Source: Octopus sinensis (Eukaryota). From it: a stretch of DNA of 64,000 bases. Below are positions 59,520-64,000 of this stretch, one piece after another. Each line of letters starts with the position of its first letter. Position 1 is the first letter of the stretch. The DNA is taken from contig NC_043013.1 in NCBI RefSeq assembly GCF_006345805.1, positions 44,330,001-44,394,000 on the forward strand, in the 5' to 3' direction. Position numbers and translations under genes: made by a program. The notes under the pieces are model-generated. The model searched no databases, had not been told where the DNA came from, and worked only from the letters and a program-made list of their open reading frames with translations.

Positions 59520-60329
59520 TATATGTATATATTTGTGTTTGTGTCTGTGTTTGTTCTCTCACCATTGCTTGACAACCGATGACAACTGATAGAATAATAA
59601 GTACCAGACTTCCAAAGAATAAGTCCAAGGGTCGATTACTTCGACTAAAGGGTGATGATCCAGCATGGCCACAGTCAAAATGATTGAAACAAGTAAAAGA
59701 GTAAGCAAAATAATCTGGTTTACTGAAATTCTATTTCTCTACCCATAATCACATCACACACACATAACCACCACCTCCACCACCACCTCCACCACCACCA
59801 CCACCACCTGAATCTCACCATTGCTAGGAGGAGGAGGGTGACGACGACCACCACCACCACCACCACAACCATCACTGTTTTGCTGCCAGTCATTGAATTA
59901 CTTCTTATTTCTGTGTGTGTGTGTGTGCCTGCTGTTAGATTTAGGCTTGGGTTTGTCCCTTCTCTCTCTCTCTCTCTCTCTCTCTTTATATAATAAAGAG
60001 ATATCTGACCTGAAGTGAACACATGTTGATGATATTATCACAAGAAGATATCCCAACAACAACAAACAATAAACTGAAGGTGATATCACAGTAACAACAA
60101 CAACAACAACAACCATAGAAATATCTATGACACCAATAAATAACAAAGCCGAGATTTGAGAAGATATCTGAACAATAAACAGACAATGTTGTCTGTTGGG
60201 CCATTGCTTTTAAGGCAGTAGGGTAGTATTTGAGAAAGATTTGACTGTAGTTTCTTGCAGGTTCCACGACCACGTAAAGGTTTTGCCAGATCTTTCTCTC
60301 ACCCACTCTTCTCATTCTATACCCAGAAC

Positions 60330-60590
60330 AATTTTCCCACACCTCCATAAAACACACAGACATCCTCAGAGACAGATGACATCACAACTCGCATGCTCTC
60401 ACACCATTCTCCAGGCACAGCTGCACAATCACTCCAGCCCTACTTAAGTCACCTAGAATCTTGGCTCCATAACAACAAACTTCAAGTATCCCCTAACAAA
60501 TCTACTCTATCGCTTCTTACCCAGCTATATTATCAGAGACATCAAATACAAACAACCATAACACTCTACTACGAGCATAACTAATATAAC
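60330..60590 (+). mobile_element. I/Jockey-group LINE RT fragment
   Basis: TDDIT (YADD equivalent) followed by AQSLQPYLSHLESWLHNNKLQVSPNKS, matching the LQxxL..W...N.L.+...KS thumb region. Confidence 0.7.
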
Positions 60591-62014
60591 AAATACACAC
60601 ACATGGCCTAGGAGTGGCTGTGTGGTAAGTAGCTTGCTTACGAAACACATAGTTCCAGGTTCCTTCCCACTGCGTGGCACCTTGGGCAAGTGTCTTCTAC
60701 TATAGCCTCGGGCCGACCAAAGCCTTGTGAGTGGATTTGGTAGACGGAAACTGAAAGAAGCTCGTCATATATACGTATATATGTGTGTATATATATATAT
60801 ATATTATATATATGTATGTATGTGTGTGTATATTTGTGTGTCTGTGCTTGTCCCCCCAACATTGCTTGACAACCAATGCTGGTGTGTTTAATTCCCCGTA
60901 ACTTAGCGGTTCAACTAAAGGTGGTGCTCCAGCATGGCCACAGTCAAATGACTGAAAGAAGTAAAAGAGTAAAATGGTGGATTAACTGTTAAATAAATTA
61001 AATGTGTACTTAGGGCTCAGTGGTTAGAGTGTCGGGCTCACAGCCATGAAGTAGTGAGTTCAATTCCTGGATTGGGCTATGTGTTGTGTTCTTGAGCAAG
61101 ACACTTTATTTCACATTTCTCCAGTTCGCTCAGCTGTAGAAATGAGTTGCGACATCACTAGTGCCAAGCTGTATTTTGTTTTGTTCCTTCTCGAGCCATG
61201 CTGCGCTCATAAGGGCCGGTTTCCCGGTTTCTTGGTGTATAGGTTCCCCACCTAGACGGGATGCCAGTCCGTCACAGGTGAGCTGCAAGATGCATGAGGA
61301 AAGAGTGAGAGAAAGTTGTGGCGAAAGAGTCAGCAGAAGTTCGCCATTACCTTCTGCCAGAGCCGCATAGAGCTTAGGTGTTTCGCTTATAAACACACAC
61401 ATCGCTCAGTCTGAGATTCGAACCCGCGATCCCTCGAACACGAGTTCGCTGCTCTAACAACTAGGCCATGTGCCTCCACCAAGCTGTATTGGTCTTTGCC
61501 TTTCCCTTGGATAACACCAGTGGCATGGAGAGAGGGGAGACTGGTATGCATGGGTGACTGCTGATCTTCCATAAACAACCATGCCCAGACTTGTGCCTCA
61601 GAGATGAACTTTCTAGGCGCAATCCCATGATCATTTATAACTGAAAGGGGTCTTTACCCTTTACAGAGTATTAAGGGAAAGGGTAGGGGTACGACAAAAA
61701 TGGTAAATGGTTTACAGCACAAAAGAAAAATCACTTTAAACTTACTAAAATAATATTTCAAGTGGTTTATATGATTGGAAATATAATTTCGAAGTTATGG
61801 AATCATAGTGAGGATCTGATCAAAGACTTTGCAATTCAAAAAAGTAGGAGGAAATTTTTCAAATATAAATAAAGTGAAAGTATACAAAAATAAACATAAT
61901 TTTCTGCTTGAAGACTAAAAATTTGGTTGTGTCTGGAGAGAGTCATTTTCTTTTTGTACCTTATTATTTAAGACACACACCTGTAAAATTTCCACTTTTT
62001 TCTGATTTTTATTT

Positions 62015-62110
62015 TTATTTTATGGTTTATTATTGTTTATATTTTATTGTTTTTATGGTTTATTATTGTTTATATTTTATTGTTTTTATGGTTTATTATT
62101 GTTTATATTT
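62015..62110. repeat. 33-bp tandem repeat, about 3 units
   Basis: TTTTATGGTTTATTATTGTTTATATTTTATTGT recurs (MVYYCLYFIVF in the ORF track). Confidence 0.9.
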
Positions 62111-62726
62111 TGAATTACATAAATATGAGGGAACCAAAATCTTTTAAGCACTTAGGGTCTCTATGGGTCTTAATCTGGCCCTGCACACAGGGAAGACAAA
62201 ATATACTAGGAATAATATATGAAGGGTTCATGAAACAGTAAAGACAATGCACAAACATACTAAGGAGACATTATTTTTTATTTATGCACCCTTTTCAAGC
62301 CTAGCCAGGCTTATGGGCCCAGTTTCCCGGTTTCTATGGTATATGTCCCCCCCTCCCCCAGCTGGATGGGACACCAGTCCATCGCAGCATTACTCAAGAA
62401 ACAGGAAGAAAGAGTGAGAGAAAGTTGGGGTGAAAGAGTACAACAGGGGCCGCCACCAACCCCTGCCAGAGCCTCATGGAACTTTAGGTGTTTTTGCTCA
62501 ATAAACACACACAATGTCCGGTCTGGGAGTCGAAACCGCGATCCTCTGACTGCGCGTCTGCTGCCCTAACCACTGGGCCATTGCGCCTCCACTAAGAGAC
62601 ATCACGACTACCATATTTGCCCAGACATAAGAAACAACAACAGTGAAATAAAAACAAAACATTAAACTCATCTTGAACTATGTCAGATCCATTATGGACC
62701 ATCCTTCATACAAAGTGAAAGTCCTA

Positions 62727-63137
62727 GGATCTTTCCGGTTTGAATGGCAGTTTTTAACATAATTTCTAAGTAACTAAAAAATATTAAACTTCGTATACTG
62801 GTAGAATGTGTTTATAAAACATTTTTTTCTTTTGGCTTTATTGAGAAAATTCTATAGTTTGTAAGATATTTGTTGTTTTTTTCTTCAATTTCTGCAATTT
62901 CAACCAATCACTGACGTCTATAGAGGTAAAAAAACATTCTGTGCTGTCTGAATATGTCCCTCATTTAAGAAACAGATTGGGTTTATTTACATTTGTGAAG
63001 GAAAAAGATACCCTTCTCCTCACCCCTAACCCTAAAACAGATTGAAATGCAATAGATCGATACTAGGGTCATAATTATGGGTGACAATTTCATATGACAC
63101 CGCTAGAAAAAACTGCCGTTCAAACAGGAAAAGATCC
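62727..63137. mobile_element. Merlin-like GGATC MITE, complete
   Basis: Perfect 8-bp TSD AAGTCCTA (62719-62726, 63138-63145), GGATC termini and internal CCCTAACCCTAA. Confidence 0.9.
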
Positions 63138-64000
63138 AAGTCCTATTGTTGTCATTTCTACCCATTACACCACCAGTGACGGTGGGATAGGGTGACAAAC
63201 ACACATATGATGAGCTTCTTTCAGTTTCCGTCAACCAAATCCATTCACAAGGCTTTGGTCGGCCCAAGGCTGTAGTAGAAGACACTTGCCCAATGTGCCA
63301 TGCAGTGGGACTGAACCCAGAACCATGTAGTTGGCAAGCAAGCTTCTTACCACACAGCCACTCCTGTATATATATATGTATATGTATATATGTATATGTA
63401 TGTATGTATGACATATGAGTGACAACCTGGCCACTGGTAGTGGTGTGACACACCATACTAATCATATCTGTCAGGCATGTAGAAGAGAGTGTAATTCGGT
63501 AGGAGGACTAAAACGACATGCAAAGGTACATGAAGCCCAGTGGCAACTACTTTACTATTACCGGTAAAGGTTTTAGTTGCCAATTCTGTACAAGACATTG
63601 TAGATCTTTAGCTGGGCTAAAAAGTCACATTCGATCACAGCACCAGTAACAGTTAAGCTTCGTGCAATGGCCATACTCGATAATGAGGGGGCAGCCATCA
63701 TATGAATGTATGTATCTTTTATCTTCTTTTCATCTTTTACTTGTTTGTGGGTCATGCCTCATCATTTGACTGAAAACATGTGTGCCATAGGACTGCTCAA
63801 CCGCAGTTGATCTGGGGTTATACATAAGCAATGGCATCAAACATGTTGAAGAGAGGGATATCACAACAATAAAGTACACACTGAAGAGATATCACAGCAA
63901 GCAAGACATGTTAAAGAGATATTACATTGATAAACATGTGGAGAAAATATCACAGTCATAAAGTAACATGTATTATGTTCTTAATTTTGTTCAGAGTCCA

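Noticed and set aside
61688-61873. 61-codon open plus frame (GYDKNGKWFTAQ...KFFKYK)
   Set aside because: No usable acceptor or early start, and the length is within chance expectation for a 64 kb window.
150-63755. Most ORFs in the track (YI, HT, CV, poly-V/T/P/G runs; recurring MSSNARGTNTDTQ, GTMWLVSKLLTTQP and DAGVFTSP peptides)
   Set aside because: They are translations of microsatellites or of the SINE consensus, recurring wherever the repeat occurs.

Overview
Repeat-saturated, AT-rich animal DNA, most likely Octopus (inferred from the dominant tRNA-headed SINEs and heavy microsatellite load). I recognise no host gene, rRNA, true tRNA or CRISPR array. Nearly all ORFs in the supplied track are translations of microsatellites or SINEs. 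The supported content is: about 55 copies or fragments of four SINE families; decayed CR1, L1/Tx1, RTE, I/Jockey-group and HERO-like retroelement pieces; two full-length dead mariners; piggyBac, hAT and ISL2EU-like MITEs; and a varied set of GG-terminated MITEs with 8-9 bp target-site duplications (Merlin-like). The best leads are: (1) a young 1.8 kb foldback Merlin-like element whose near-identical arms enclose older-looking DNA; (2) minimal dimer-type hammerhead ribozyme motifs with compensatory changes in (TA)n-associated Penelope-like elements; (3) a hammerhead-like core in scrambled strand order in a HERO-like 3' UTR; (4) a SINE module expanding into a 184-bp tandem array; (5) triple-nested MITEs and an inversion at Merlin ends; (6) several weak candidate exons, including a signal-peptide exon. 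No alignment, folding or database search was run. Coordinates were counted by eye and the edges of degenerate repeats are approximate.
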